A stretch of DNA of 64,000 nt from Xylographa opegraphella (GCA_022813865.1 JALDZX010000014.1:248001-312000); one strand, 5' to 3'. Numbered from the stretch's first letter, positions 37,950 to 50,283 are shown. Notes: generated by a model from the sequence alone, not told the origin. Translations and numbers: made by a program.

Positions 37950-38414
37950 TCACGGGATGGCACTGTTTGAAGCCACAACTGCATCCTCGTTGGTCCTTTT
38001 AATATTGTCACCAGACGAGATAGATTTTGAAACCATTGAACTGCTGGATTTCTCCTTCAAAGCGCGATCACCCTCCATCCAAAAGGTCTTCCAGTCTTGT
38101 AATTTCAGAATAGACCAGGCTGATGTTATTGAGGGTATAGCAGAGTTTAGCCCTGACTGATCTGGAGAAGGGACGTCGGTTGAGCTGAGGCCGATTTCTG
38201 TTACAGAGACCGTCTGGTCATCGCCTTCTATTATCTCGTCTCTCCTGTTAGTCTGCTCCAACCTTTGCAGCTCTTGGTCTTTCAGTGCAGGGCCAAAAAC
38301 ATATAGGCCTATATTGGTCAGTGGTGCTTGATGGTAGGTAGAAATGCAGGTACCATTGAGCACTCCAAGTACTGTAACCACAGCGAGACCGCTTATACCC
38401 TTCACTTTACTCAT
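37950..38414 (-). CDS. Small protein with N-terminal TM helix (possibly PIGBOS1-like)
   Basis: MSKVKGISGLAVVTVLGVLNG|LYVFGPALKDQE. A 45-nt intron at 38309-38353 has GT, a ctgac branch site and TAG. The family label is a recollection, not verified. Confidence 0.6.
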   Translation of the reverse strand: MSKVKGISGLAVVTVLGVLNGTCISTYHQAPLTNIGLYVFGPALKDQELQRLEQTNRRDEIIEGDDQTVSVTEIGLSSTDVPSPDQSGLNSAIPSITSAWSILKLQDWKTFWMEGDRALKEKSSSSMVSKSISSGDNIKRTNEDAVVASNSAIP

Positions 38415-38611
38415 GCTGCAAGGAGGAAATGTCCCTAAAGCTCGACATAACCTTCTTTCCATGACGATTACGAAAGTACGCTAAGATAACTTAGGGCTAA
38501 GTCGCGTCCACGCAAACTTCCAATCGCGACTGCGGGAAGCACCCTTCTTATATGTGACAGATGCTATATCAACGGGCCCGTGATAGGGTACGAACATGAC
38601 AGACTCTTCAG

Positions 38612-41600
38612 ATGGCAACATGGAGAGATCAGAAGTTCGTTCCGGACTCCGATGATGAGGACGAGGAGTTGGATTTCAACGAACTAAAGATTTTGAGAAG
38701 CACTGACGGACAGGATCCTGCTACGAGCAACTCCTCCGACAGACAAGACAATTCGGCGATCTCTGCCAATAGCGTCGAAAGAGAATCTAGGTCTTTCCGT
38801 GGCTCGATTGACACCGTACTATCCAGAGCTTCCTCTGCAGATCGGAATACAGGAAAGTCGAGGGCGGATGTGGGCTTTGACGGCCTCGAACACCCCGCCG
38901 AGAGAAAAATCGTGCCTAATGCGGCAGTAGACCTCACAAAAAGTAACGTTGAAGTCGATACTGATGAGCTCTCAACTGCTCAGTCTGACCAGCAGCTGGA
39001 ACTGCAACGATCCAGGCCACAATCAACGCCAAAGCGTTTGCCAAAATCCTTGACCTATTACGATGTCGGCCTCGACGAGCTACAGCAGTATGGTGATGGA
39101 GGTGGCTCACCCATCTCGCCAGGAATGCAGCTTACTTCCGAATTGCTGCAGCAGGTATACACTAGAAGTCCTTCTAGCAACACAGACGAACAATCTGGCC
39201 AAATACTCGCTATGCGATCGACCATATCGTCTCCTCTCTCCGAAAGCTCATCGACAGCTCTCGATATGGGGTTCTCTCAGCGATATGAAAAATCCACATT
39301 AGATAATGCAGGGGCCAGTCCCTTGCATACCAAGCATTCGTTGTACCCGGCATGGGAACGTTCACTCAAACCCAACGGAGCCAATCAGTCTTCCACAAAC
39401 ATCAATGCGGCTGCAATCAATGGGCCTGCTCGTTCTCTAAGACAGAGAAACCCAATTCAGCTTCATCCTTACCTTCTCGAGGGTGAACAGTACCGAAAAG
39501 CGCTTCAGGCTCGTGGTATCAAGCCACTACGCATTTACCAACAAGCAGTTGAGCAAAGCGGTGCTGGAGGGTTAATGTCACAAGACCAAACGACCTCACA
39601 GAACGAAGATGATCAAGCCATGAGTAGTGACTTGGAGCCCGTGACTGTATGGTCTTCCATTGCGCAATTAACGCCCATCAAGGATTCTGGTCAACATCTC
39701 CATCAATCATCTCACGACGAGGAAGATGAATTCCCGGATGTTCGATCATTACTATGCCAGCCTTCCAACATTATTGTTGACGGCAACAAGCGACGCAAAG
39801 TCGCGCATACATTCTCGAAAAAGGGGAGGGGAAGGGCGTTAGGGAATCATAGACATGCATCACTAGCTGTGGTAATTGATTCTTCAGTGCGTCCAGATGT
39901 CGAGATGGATTCCGTAAGCGCCTTCTTTGATATTCCACCGTCACCTCCGCTATCGATAGCATCAGCGATCTCGAAACAGGCGACAATTAAAAGTAAGCCA
40001 TTCCGCTTTCCCCCTGGGACAACTCCTGCTCAAGCACCTACACCATTAGCTTCGTCAGAAATCAAGAAGCCACTGGTCGTTAACAATCACTCTGACTCTG
40101 AGTTTGAGTCTGAATTTGACGATGCTAGAGATCGAATATCAGACGATGTTGACCCAGACGATCGTGCAAAAAGTATTGTCTCGTTATCTGAGGAAGATGA
40201 GAGTGATCATCAGCTGCAACGGGTGCAACGCAAGATCCGAGGTGTGCTTCCAGCATCTTGGCTTCGTCTCGATCTGAAGACGCAAGGCAAAAAGGCAGTG
40301 GCTGCCACTACTGCTGCAAGGAACAGCCCCTCTCCCACCAAACAGTTTTCTAGGCCGGGGGTTGCTCGTCCGATCTCATCTCATGGGAATCATAGTACCA
40401 ATCGTTCCCGGGACCTAGAAATAAATTCTTCGGGTGAATCATTATCTGATCATGAGAATTCTAGCGTCTTTGAGACTTCCTCCCCGGGTAGACCCTTGGA
40501 GAGCTTTGTTGATGATACGTACGTTTTACCAGAAGATCATATAGCGGATATGGAAGACAACCGTGTTGATTGGATGTTGCCGACTAACCCGCGGAAACAT
40601 TCACCAAAGAAAGCACAGAAAAAGCGTCGGAATATTCATGAGAACAACCGAAACGTCCAGAGGCACGACCAAGAGAACAGCCATTCTAGGAAGCGTGCCA
40701 GTAACATTGGACGGCAACCTAAGATTTCTGAGCACATTACAAGCACGCCAAAAAGTTCTCGGACCCCACACGGACGAGTCTATCCACTTCGCAGGAGCAT
40801 TCTTGATTTCACGGATGTTCCAAAGAAGGATGTACCTAACTTTGTTCGAGTTGCACGACGAACAACCAAATCGCGCAAAGATAAGGGCAGACACAGCCCG
40901 TCACGCAAATTTCTTCGCCTCGCTACAAGAGAGGATACTACAGACGTTCAAACAACATTGAAGGAATGGCAAGAACTTTCTCAGCCTGTTCTGTCGAAGT
41001 ATAATCCGAAAGACCATAACGCAACTGGGTCGGCTCGACCTCTGAATCCACGATCAGGGAATGCAAGAATTCATTCGGCCACTTACTATCTCTCCGATGA
41101 AGAGGGAGATGAGAACAGCCTTCCAGTTGCGACTCATCCTACACGCCTTGCTCCTAAGAAATCAGAGAATATTCTTGACAGACTGTTATTGCAGTTACCT
41201 TTGTCGAAAGTCCGAGTTCCAACAGCGCCGAAGCAATTCGCGAAGCTGAACGGGTCCCACAGTATAAAACGAGTGATGAAGAAGGGTCTACTTTCATCTT
41301 CTGTCAACCCTTCTGCGCATATAAGGCCAGCTATGCTGGAAAAACTTCGGACATTGGAAACTGCAAGTCGGCATCATAAACCTCAACGTACGATACTCTC
41401 TGGGCCTACGATGCCAAGCATAGATCAAGCTCAATCCCGACTGAAAGCGTTCTTAGAATCCTCGATTCCTTCCGTGACAGATCCGGGATTGAATCCGGAG
41501 TGGTCGCAGACTCTACAAAGCCCTCCTACTCAATTTATTGCTAGAGACAATCCTCCTAGAAACAGAAAGACGTGTCCAAAACAAGTCGATATCAGTGCAT

Positions 41601-44600
41601 CACGTTATCGACAAGATAGCATACCATCTTTATTTCCGCTTGACATAGAGGAATCCCAAGATCAGATAGGAGCAACACTGGATGATTGTCAGACCTTGCG
41701 CGGACTGGGACCTTTCGGAACTTCCTACGCCATAACATTCGGTATCGAACCTATAGCTCCAGGAAGACACTTCAACGAATGTACGTTTATAGGTAGCGGT
41801 GAATTTTTGAAGGCCTTACAATTCCAAGAAACTAGAGATCTGGATCTGCCTCCTCCTCATCTAAGCACTATCCATCTTGGTGAAACCGAATTTGAATGGG
41901 GAGCTTGGAACGATACTGTTTCGTCTCAGCTTGGGATCGTATACAATCGACTAAACCAGTATATAAAAACCTATCAGAATAATAGCGGACTTGACCGGCA
42001 CTCTGAGCTCGACATAGATGTTATCTTATTGATGCAACGCTCAGTCGTTCGCTACGTCACAAATGGTCTATATTTCCTGGATCCTATTGATCGATGTTCC
42101 TTTTTGCAACGGTTTCAAGGGCTACTTCAAGATCTATTACACAATCTTCAGGATTCTCAGCATATGATTGTTAATTCATTACTATCAGACCATGATTCGT
42201 GCAAGCTCTATCGCAAATCTCACATCCAGATCTCCATGTTGAACTTGGTCATCCTTCACCAACTTCAACTCATCTCAGTCCATGCGTCGGTTCGTCAAAG
42301 CCTTGCAGCCGAATTAGGCTCAGCTATCCCTGCAATGGCTGCTCAAGCAGTTGCTCTGTCCATATCGAGTGGCTTGGGCAAAATTCGCGAATTTCTCCAT
42401 GCCTCTACAGGGAATATGTGGAATGCTGAAGATGTCTCGCAGCTGTGCGAGGTTGAGTCCATTGTACTCACCCATCATGTTGTAAGGCATCAACGAAACA
42501 AGACTGGTGCATTTTGGAAGATTATCAACGATTGCATGGGCTCGTCAGGATCTCGCACAATGTGTCATGTACGAGTACTCGATGAAAAATGGCACCAACT
42601 ACTGAGTCTGGTACCACTAATGGAAATCAATGTAAGCGGGCTGATTGAAAATGATCGACAATTCAAGGAAACCTTCGATAATTGGGCATTAGTAAAAGAA
42701 CTACTAGGGCCTGTTCTAGATTCTTACAAACTAGGCAGTCACGCACAAGATTCCACTTTTAATTCATACTTCCGCGCAGTCCTGTCGCGATGTTTCATGC
42801 TCATAAACCAATGGAGATGGTGCAGGTGTGAATCAATCATATTGGCATTGTTCGACTTTTTTGGTTCTATAAACCTTGGACTTCTCCGCAATGAGGCGAG
42901 CCACGGCTCTCCAGCCTTCCTTGGACATCTATCTGATAAAATCAAGCTTGAGATTGCCTCAGAAGATCGAAGCTTTCATATATTCTTGAAGACACTTGGC
43001 ACGGGCCTCAGGCAGATGCACGGAATATATCCTGATAAAAAGATACGTGACATCGTGTTTCGTATGATGCCGAACCATGATCGCCGTCATCCTAGGGAAG
43101 ATGCGATTAGCGAGAACGATTTAGAAGCATTGAGAAATCATCATGATCTCATCTCTGTCTTGTATTGGGCGTCGCCGACTGGATTTCGTCCGAGACTAAG
43201 CGTGGTTCAGAATCTGATTGATCTTGGCAACTCCCACAAAGAAGCATGTCATATCAGTATCCGGGCGTGGTCGAACTTAGTCAACTATCAGGTCTCAACG
43301 GAGGAGCCGGTGTCAAATCTAGAAGCATTTTCGAAGTGGTACAACGAGATCCTTAGCCAGATCCTACGTCAACACTTTTTCGCTCGTTCACAAGTAGAGA
43401 GTCTGGTCAAAATCTCCGAGTCTGCTGGTGGTTATATAATTTCTCGAGAACTTCAGGAATCAACAATATCTGGGAATCAGCGTCACATAGAGGATCTTCT
43501 CGGTCATGCTTTGAGCTCGCTACAAAGAGTCGTTGGGTCGACACGAAAAGCTGAAGCAGCGGAGAAACTGTTGTCAACGACCATAGTGCAAGTCTTTGAG
43601 CTCTTCAATGTCAAGCAGCCACGAGTCAACAATGTAATTATCCAAGCTCTCGATGTTATTGTTACATTTGCCAAGCACGTCAAGTGTGAGGATGCTGTCG
43701 AAGACAGTCAAGATTATGGGGATTTTTCTGCTTTTGAGAGCGAGCTGGCTGGTTTTATGCCTGTTCAAAAGAGTGCACTTCTGAGTCCGAGTATTTACAC
43801 CTCACTGTATCGTCTCCTTTCAAATTGCTTCGGTGCTGACACCCTCCCTGATGACAAGTTGATGTTGAAATTGGTGCAAGCGTGGAGCTGGGCTGCACAT
43901 TTGTCCGTGCGAAGCGGACAAAAAGTATGGGCTGATTACATTGGCTTATATGGCTCAGAGTCTTGGGCCTCACTCGGCGACACCGAGCAGAAGCGCAAAT
44001 TCTCTGTAGCTTTTCTCGCGACACTCATGGAAGAAGATCAGGATGTTTATCGGTCACACGCACAGCTCATCATAAAGCAATGGATGGGTTCATTGGTTGA
44101 GCGAGAGTCGTTGCTCAAATTCCAACATCAGCTTACAACAAATATCCTGAACTCGGACCGAGATAATGATCTGTTCGCCAATTTGCCTTTCTGGGTTGAT
44201 CCGAGCACAGAGCTTTTCAACATTTCAGCCGTGGAGTTTCGTGAGCGACGGCAGTCATTACTCTCTTGTCTTTTTTCTAACATGCGAGAATCGTTGAACG
44301 TCAGTACGTATCATAACCTTCCTCACAGGACGACCCAGAAAAATGAATACATTGAACTCCTAAAACATTTGATGGCAACAATGAAACACAACTACCTGGA
44401 ACTTGGAAATGGCTCGAATGTCCGAGGTGCTTATGTTGACTTTGTTCATACGATAGTGGAGTCTTTACAGCAGCACTGCACCGACATCTGCCCAATAGAT
44501 CAATTCTTCACAAGTCCAGGCGCCTTCCCGCTCCCAGCTAAAGATCCAACTTATTTCGTCGGCCGCCTTAGGAACTATGCGCTTCGGCTGAACGATGCCA

Positions 44601-45484
44601 AAACAGCCAAGCAACTCTCGAGCTTTATCCAGCCAATTTTTGAGACAGCAGCGGCTGACGGCCAGCAACAATATCTTGTAGCACAACTCACGGCTGCAAT
44701 GTCCAATAACCCCGAGAAAGGTGATAGGGGGAAGCCTACACTGAGGATGTTCGTCGTGCAGACGATTCTGCCCGCATACATTCAGCTTGCGATAAACAAT
44801 CCCTGCATGTTGTTACTCGTTGTACCTCTCTTGCAAGCATTGGAGAGAGTTCTGAAGGACATTGTTGATGATTTAGACGGTTTCAACATCGGTAGTGTTT
44901 CGGCCACCCAGACAACTATCCTCTCGATTTTCGAGTGCTTGAAGTGCTCGTCTTATGAGATGCTAAGTCATACGGATTCTTTCAAGGAGCCACTCTCGAT
45001 CAGAGCTTTGGGCTTTTATTTCTCTATCATCCAGGCCGCGCTACCGGCTATCGACTACATCGATCGCCTGCGTTCTGAGAGTAGATTGCCTCGTTACTAT
45101 ATTAGCTACTTTGAAGAACTCGCTCAGCATGTCACAGCGACAATTCTTGGCCAAGATCCCATTCTCCCAACTGTAGTTGAAAATCACACCATGTCAGCCC
45201 CAGACGAACAAGTCAAGGTTGCGCTTGCATTCGCTCTTGCCGAGCTAAAGCAATCTCTACACAAGAAGTGGAGCGTCCATGACGGCCATCTTTACTTCAC
45301 CAAGAACCGAACTCCGGCGCTAGTACAGGTTGACGTTGGGACATTGGAGGAGGAGAAGGGCAACCTGCTCAAAAGGGTGAAGGGGTTTCAGGAGGTGTTG
45401 CAGAGTATGTCATGGCTGAGTGATGACGAGGCGCTTGTTTCGAGACAGGAGGTTCCGCTGGGTTTGACCGATTTGGTGTTTTGA
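38612..45484 (+). CDS. MMS22: MMS22/Mus7-family replication-stress repair protein
   Basis: 2290-aa uninterrupted ORF. Motifs RSLRQRNPIQLHPYLLE, RKIRGVLPASWLRLD, TFIGSGEF, WGAWND, LRNHHDL..LYWASP, SLVERESLLKFQH. Disordered N-half and helical C-half. Confidence 0.88.
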   Translation: MATWRDQKFVPDSDDEDEELDFNELKILRSTDGQDPATSNSSDRQDNSAISANSVERESRSFRGSIDTVLSRASSADRNTGKSRADVGFDGLEHPAERKIVPNAAVDLTKSNVEVDTDELSTAQSDQQLELQRSRPQSTPKRLPKSLTYYDVGLDELQQYGDGGGSPISPGMQLTSELLQQVYTRSPSSNTDEQSGQILAMRSTISSPLSESSSTALDMGFSQRYEKSTLDNAGASPLHTKHSLYPAWERSLKPNGANQSSTNINAAAINGPARSLRQRNPIQLHPYLLEGEQYRKALQARGIKPLRIYQQAVEQSGAGGLMSQDQTTSQNEDDQAMSSDLEPVTVWSSIAQLTPIKDSGQHLHQSSHDEEDEFPDVRSLLCQPSNIIVDGNKRRKVAHTFSKKGRGRALGNHRHASLAVVIDSSVRPDVEMDSVSAFFDIPPSPPLSIASAISKQATIKSKPFRFPPGTTPAQAPTPLASSEIKKPLVVNNHSDSEFESEFDDARDRISDDVDPDDRAKSIVSLSEEDESDHQLQRVQRKIRGVLPASWLRLDLKTQGKKAVAATTAARNSPSPTKQFSRPGVARPISSHGNHSTNRSRDLEINSSGESLSDHENSSVFETSSPGRPLESFVDDTYVLPEDHIADMEDNRVDWMLPTNPRKHSPKKAQKKRRNIHENNRNVQRHDQENSHSRKRASNIGRQPKISEHITSTPKSSRTPHGRVYPLRRSILDFTDVPKKDVPNFVRVARRTTKSRKDKGRHSPSRKFLRLATREDTTDVQTTLKEWQELSQPVLSKYNPKDHNATGSARPLNPRSGNARIHSATYYLSDEEGDENSLPVATHPTRLAPKKSENILDRLLLQLPLSKVRVPTAPKQFAKLNGSHSIKRVMKKGLLSSSVNPSAHIRPAMLEKLRTLETASRHHKPQRTILSGPTMPSIDQAQSRLKAFLESSIPSVTDPGLNPEWSQTLQSPPTQFIARDNPPRNRKTCPKQVDISASRYRQDSIPSLFPLDIEESQDQIGATLDDCQTLRGLGPFGTSYAITFGIEPIAPGRHFNECTFIGSGEFLKALQFQETRDLDLPPPHLSTIHLGETEFEWGAWNDTVSSQLGIVYNRLNQYIKTYQNNSGLDRHSELDIDVILLMQRSVVRYVTNGLYFLDPIDRCSFLQRFQGLLQDLLHNLQDSQHMIVNSLLSDHDSCKLYRKSHIQISMLNLVILHQLQLISVHASVRQSLAAELGSAIPAMAAQAVALSISSGLGKIREFLHASTGNMWNAEDVSQLCEVESIVLTHHVVRHQRNKTGAFWKIINDCMGSSGSRTMCHVRVLDEKWHQLLSLVPLMEINVSGLIENDRQFKETFDNWALVKELLGPVLDSYKLGSHAQDSTFNSYFRAVLSRCFMLINQWRWCRCESIILALFDFFGSINLGLLRNEASHGSPAFLGHLSDKIKLEIASEDRSFHIFLKTLGTGLRQMHGIYPDKKIRDIVFRMMPNHDRRHPREDAISENDLEALRNHHDLISVLYWASPTGFRPRLSVVQNLIDLGNSHKEACHISIRAWSNLVNYQVSTEEPVSNLEAFSKWYNEILSQILRQHFFARSQVESLVKISESAGGYIISRELQESTISGNQRHIEDLLGHALSSLQRVVGSTRKAEAAEKLLSTTIVQVFELFNVKQPRVNNVIIQALDVIVTFAKHVKCEDAVEDSQDYGDFSAFESELAGFMPVQKSALLSPSIYTSLYRLLSNCFGADTLPDDKLMLKLVQAWSWAAHLSVRSGQKVWADYIGLYGSESWASLGDTEQKRKFSVAFLATLMEEDQDVYRSHAQLIIKQWMGSLVERESLLKFQHQLTTNILNSDRDNDLFANLPFWVDPSTELFNISAVEFRERRQSLLSCLFSNMRESLNVSTYHNLPHRTTQKNEYIELLKHLMATMKHNYLELGNGSNVRGAYVDFVHTIVESLQQHCTDICPIDQFFTSPGAFPLPAKDPTYFVGRLRNYALRLNDAKTAKQLSSFIQPIFETAAADGQQQYLVAQLTAAMSNNPEKGDRGKPTLRMFVVQTILPAYIQLAINNPCMLLLVVPLLQALERVLKDIVDDLDGFNIGSVSATQTTILSIFECLKCSSYEMLSHTDSFKEPLSIRALGFYFSIIQAALPAIDYIDRLRSESRLPRYYISYFEELAQHVTATILGQDPILPTVVENHTMSAPDEQVKVALAFALAELKQSLHKKWSVHDGHLYFTKNRTPALVQVDVGTLEEEKGNLLKRVKGFQEVLQSMSWLSDDEALVSRQEVPLGLTDLVF

Positions 45485-45827
45485 TAGGAGGTCTTGAGGA
45501 TCAAATTTCTTGGGTTGCATTTGTAGCGGAGATAGCGGCATCGCTTGGCGTAAGATAGATTCACATACCTCATAACGATTTCACGGCGATGGATCATGTA
45601 AATGTCTCTTATGTCTCGATGGCATGCGGCTTCACGGTACATTTATCGGCTGCCATTTGCAGTCGTAGCTCCTTTATTGGGCAGACACCAAGTCCAATCT
45701 CATAATATCTATAGCTTAGCCGGCCTTGCACCTCGGCATTATCTGAGCACTATACGTCAACCACAACTCCTGACCCACATTCTTCCAGACCATCGCCCAT
45801 CCGATCCGATATATACCCCGATCCCAA

Positions 45828-47185
45828 CTATCCCTGCACCTCCCCGGCCTTCCCACCCCCCATGCCAAACACCCTTCCCACAGCCCCTTCCCACTCCGCC
45901 GGCACCCCTACCCTGAGGCCCTCCCGCCCGCTCACCCACCGCATAAACACCGGGTTCGCGCGCTCGACCTCCATCTCGTACTCCGCAGGCGTCTCCTCCC
46001 CGCTGCCGACCCGGGCCCTCCCGGCCGCGATCTCGGCGGCGGAGATCTTGCCGCGGCGCTTGGGGGCCTGCTTCTTGAGCAGCCGGTTGATGGTGTCCAT
46101 TTTCTCTTCTTCGTTGCGCTTCTCCGACAGGTTTTTGCGGCGGCGCGCCATTTCGACGCGCCGCATCGCGTGCTCTTCCACGGTGAGGTGTTTTTTGATC
46201 TGTGGCTCTGGGGTGGGGTGTTAGTTGGGGTGTTTCAGTGCTCGAGGGTGGAGGGTGGAGGGCGCCATGAGGGGTTTGTGGACTTACCCATAGGTAGCTG
46301 CAGGAAATCGTTCCCGATCACCTGGTCCAGTCTGCTGCGCTGCCGCTTCGTCATCTTGCTTACGTCTGGTGTGCTACCTCGTGAGCCGGCGCCGGGGGTC
46401 TCCGCATCACTGTCTGCACTCTCTTCGTCCTGGTCCATGTCTTGGTCTTCGTCGCCAATATCTTCGCCTTCAGCATCCTCCTCTCCACCCTCAGCTTCAT
46501 CGCCTTCTCCAGACTCCAGATCTGAAAGCTCTTCGTCGTCGGAATTCCCGAGCTGCGCTTCTTTTGCTTCAACGCTTTTGACTTTGCCATCTTTAGCTGG
46601 AGTGACGGTCACGCTGGGTCTGGAAGCAGGTCCACGCATTCGGATGATCGGAGGTGGTGGCGGGGCAGGATCTTCCATGGGCGTATCTCCTCCAGCATCG
46701 AGCTCGATCTCTTCGCTCGTTCCGTCCGCGTCCTCGTCGTCCTCGCCTTCCGCGTCCTCCTCGCTACCAGCTTCCTCGTCGTCTTCGTCTTCCCTTTCTG
46801 CATCTTCATCCTCTTCCTCCTCCGCGTCCTCGTCGTCATCTTCTTCATCCTCGCTACCACTCTCAATCACGACCGCCCGCTTCGCCCTACTTCCCCTGGG
46901 CCCGGAGATGATCTGTCCAGGACCGAAGGAACCTCGAGCGTTCATAGTGTTGACCCCTTGGGCGCCGCCCGATGTCGCCTCTCGGAGCTTACTGGAGGGC
47001 ATCTTCACAGTGAGGCGGATGGACTTCTTGGTTGTGTCTGGCGAGGGGACACGCGCCACGGTGATGGACGGGCTGCCGTTTGAGTTCCCAGAGGCCGTCC
47101 GACGGGAACGAGACATGACTGGAGAGGAAGGCGTGCTGGAGGCTGTTAGAGATGCACGGGATCGGAGAGAGCGACCGGGCGGCAT
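45828..47185 (-). CDS. IES2: INO80 complex subunit Ies2 (PAPA-1 domain)
   Basis: Acidic tracts, then TPDVSKMTKRQR..LQLPM|EPQIKKHLTVEEHAMRRVEMARRRKNLSEKRNEEEKMDTINRLLKKQA and FMRWVS. Intron 46208-46287. Confidence 0.92.
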
Positions 47186-47759
47186 GATGAAAGACTATAA
47201 CAGGATCGAAAGAAAAGTGCGATAGTTAGGAGTTCAAATGAGCGTGCTGATCAGAGGTTCCGTAGACCAGTCTTTGCAATGATGACAAAGCGCAAAAACC
47301 GAACGTCTAAGACAGTACTTGCGGTGGACGAGGAATGCTATCGATAATCTAGTGGGCAAGGCTTTTCTGCTGCAGACGACGTGACAAGGATTCTATGCGT
47401 GATGCCACAGGGTCACATCCGACAACGACAGTGCAGATGAAGGGCAAAGGGTTCATGGTTGACAGATGTGCGGTATGAGAAGATTAGATTGAAATTGCCC
47501 TTACATACGCTTAGTTGCAGCCTCCGGCCATGTGTCCGGCCGTTCGACGCACTCGTGTTGGCTTCCGCATTGCTTTCGTCGTGCTTGCGGATGCTCTCGC
47601 CGCCTAAACCTGCCACCGGCTAGAGCAGCGCAAGCGAAAGTGCGCTACGGCTGATAGTTCGGCCGGGAAAAGGACGCTAACCTAACGAATTTGCCTCGGC
47701 TCAATCGGACTTCAAGTGTCAAGTGGGATTGTGGATAGCTTCCATCACGAGTTTGTCGG

Positions 47760-48949
47760 ATGGCAGGTTCCAAGCCAAAGCAGATCCCTCAGTGGCAGCG
47801 ACAGGGTGCAGCACGAAACCCTCCGAGTAACCCTACCAACTTCGATACAAGTCCCAGTAGCGAAGGAGGTAACGAGCAAAGGAAGGAGCTGGTAGATCTG
47901 GCCTCGGAATGGCTCAAACACGAGGACATTAAGGACGAATCCATAGAGCATAAAACATCTTTCCTGAGAAACAAGGGTCTGACCAAAGAAGAGACATATG
48001 AGTTGCTCCGGGTGTCTCAGGACACATCCAAAGACACAGAAACAGAAGAAGATACCCAGCCCGAAGTAGGATCTTTATCCAAATTGACAGGACCTTCAAA
48101 TTTAACCAGCATTAGATATCCACATTGTCTTCGTCCTCCCACTCATCTCATACACCGCCGTCGACCTGGATACCCCAGCCAGCTGAACCTCCTCCTGTCG
48201 CTCCAATCATAACTTATCCAGAGTTCCTCGTTCATTCCCACCGTCCACCACCGCTGATCACTCGTTCAAGAGTCCTCTCAACATTATATATATATTCTGC
48301 AGCTGCTGCTGCGGTATACGGAACAAGCAAATATCTTCTTAGTCCTATGCTTAATTCCCTCAATGTTGCCCGTCATTCTATCTTTGACACGACTTCGACG
48401 AATCTCGAGAATTTAAATCAGAAGTTGGAGAGCGTTGTATCGATGATCCCTGTATCAGCTAGTAAGCCCAAGCACGGGGATTTTGGGTTGGGAAGTGATT
48501 TTGATGTTGACGACCTGGAATCCGATGTTTCTGATCCAACGGAAATGTTTTACCGTGATACGGGTACACAGACCTCTCCTCCGATTTCGCGCAGCTACTC
48601 TTCCGCATCACTTACAGATTCAAACCCTTCATCCATTGCGCCTCTCTCGACGCAGATTATGGAACTAAAGTCTCTCAACACGAATTTGTTGTCCGTTCTT
48701 TCATCCAATACATCTGCTGTCGAAGAGGACGAAGCCACACTGTCGTGTATTAGAGATACGCGAGAGTATCTTGTGAAAATGACCTATGGAAGAGAACCTG
48801 GGTCAATCGGTGGAGATGCCCAAAAGCCGAGCGCAGATGATGAGATTAGTCGAGTCAGTGCAGAGATTCGAAGTGTGAAGGGTGTTTTGCTGAGTGCGAA
48901 GAACTTCCCAGGGACTTCGACTGGTAAGATGAAAGCTGTGAGTTCTTGA
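47760..48949 (+). CDS. Peroxin Pex14/17 (Pex33)-like docking protein
   Basis: Pex14_N-like segment (ELVDLASEWL..KTSFLRNKGLTKEE), PIITYPEFL, hydrophobic stretch, coiled coil, and C-terminal AEIRSVKGVLLSAKNFP. Intron 48066-48115. Confidence 0.8.
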
Positions 48950-50283
48950 TAAGTACTGTTTGAAGTCTTGTTGTCCTTGATCCTTCCCTGACATCACGCA
49001 CGGGTCATTGCTGCCGATCCCACGGAATTCAGTATGCTGAGACTTGTGTCGATTCTCTGCAATGACGGGTTGAAGATTAGGCTACTTTAACTATTGATAT
49101 TCAGAAATCGGAGACGCTCCGTCGCCGTCATTGGTATCTCAAATTTGTCTCGAATCTGTTGCCGAACTTTACTCTTGTACCATTTCCAGAACTTCTCTTA
49201 CACAGATATAACCAACATCACCACGAGCTGAGTAGATGAATAACTCCAGTTCCACTGTCATCTGGTAGGCCAGGATTATACACGAAGCTTCTGAAATGCC
49301 ATATGTCTGTCTCGCTAGCCTTCTCCTGGATCACTTGCTCAAGATCTTTCGCTATCTTCTTGTCATCCACCCGATCCAGGGGTAAAAGTGGCCTGAGTCA
49401 TGGTGTCACCTCGACGCGACTGCGTCCCGTGGAAACTTGAGCCTAGAGTAATGGGTTTTAATCCTTTGTTCGTTCTCTCGGCAGCTATTGTCCTGGTCAG
49501 GGTTAATCGAGTGCATGTGCTCAACTGCGCTCAGTTCGAAGAACGGATCTCTGCTCCCAACTTCATACCAAGTCTTTATTCGACAGATTCATCCGGATGT
49601 CTTGGGTGCAAATCACCATCAGCAATGTTGATTTCTTTTGGAAGCTTAAATATCCCCAGACAATGCAAGTCAAGTTATCCTTCGCAATTGTCACCCAGTT
49701 CCTAGTTGTGTCTGATTTCTGAAGCTTCAAGAGTTACCCATCAGATACTGAGCAATTGTGAAGTCTGAGTACTGCACGGGGTACATGAACAAATGTTAGT
49801 CTAGTACTGATGGTGTTTTATGGAACCCGTTTGCATGAGAGGGGCTTATATGCAGAACCAGTGTGGACAGCCGATATATGACGCTACAACACCTAAAAGT
49901 GGTTCACCAATAAAAAAGAAGTCCCATAGACGCGCTTTGGCGTCAAGTTCAGACTCAACACAAGCGCCGCTAGGCGTGTAAGCGCTTGCGCTTAGCACTC
50001 CTGCGGCTATTGTTGACGACAAGGGATCCCATTATCAGAAATTAACTGGTTGAGACAAGCTATCACCGCACTCTTGACTATAAACAGTATTATCATTTTC
50101 GGAACTCAAATCTCTCACTGCTTAGTACACGATTCTGTGTCGATTGCCTCTAATTTTCTGTGCTGCAACTCTGCTATCATTATATATCGAGAGTATGCTT
50201 TCTCGACAACAGCCTAATCCTACTGCATCTATATCATGAACAGCTCTTGGAGCCATTTCCGGCGTACCCTGCACTTCCTCCTT

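Noticed and set aside
46170..47225. 351-aa Ser-rich plus-strand ORF
   Set aside because: Antisense shadow of the acidic IES2 coding sequence.
49000..49750. Protein-like minus-strand fragments (..DKKIAKDLEQVIQEK..)
   Set aside because: Short, stop-bounded and no recognisable family. A pseudogene is possible but unsupported.
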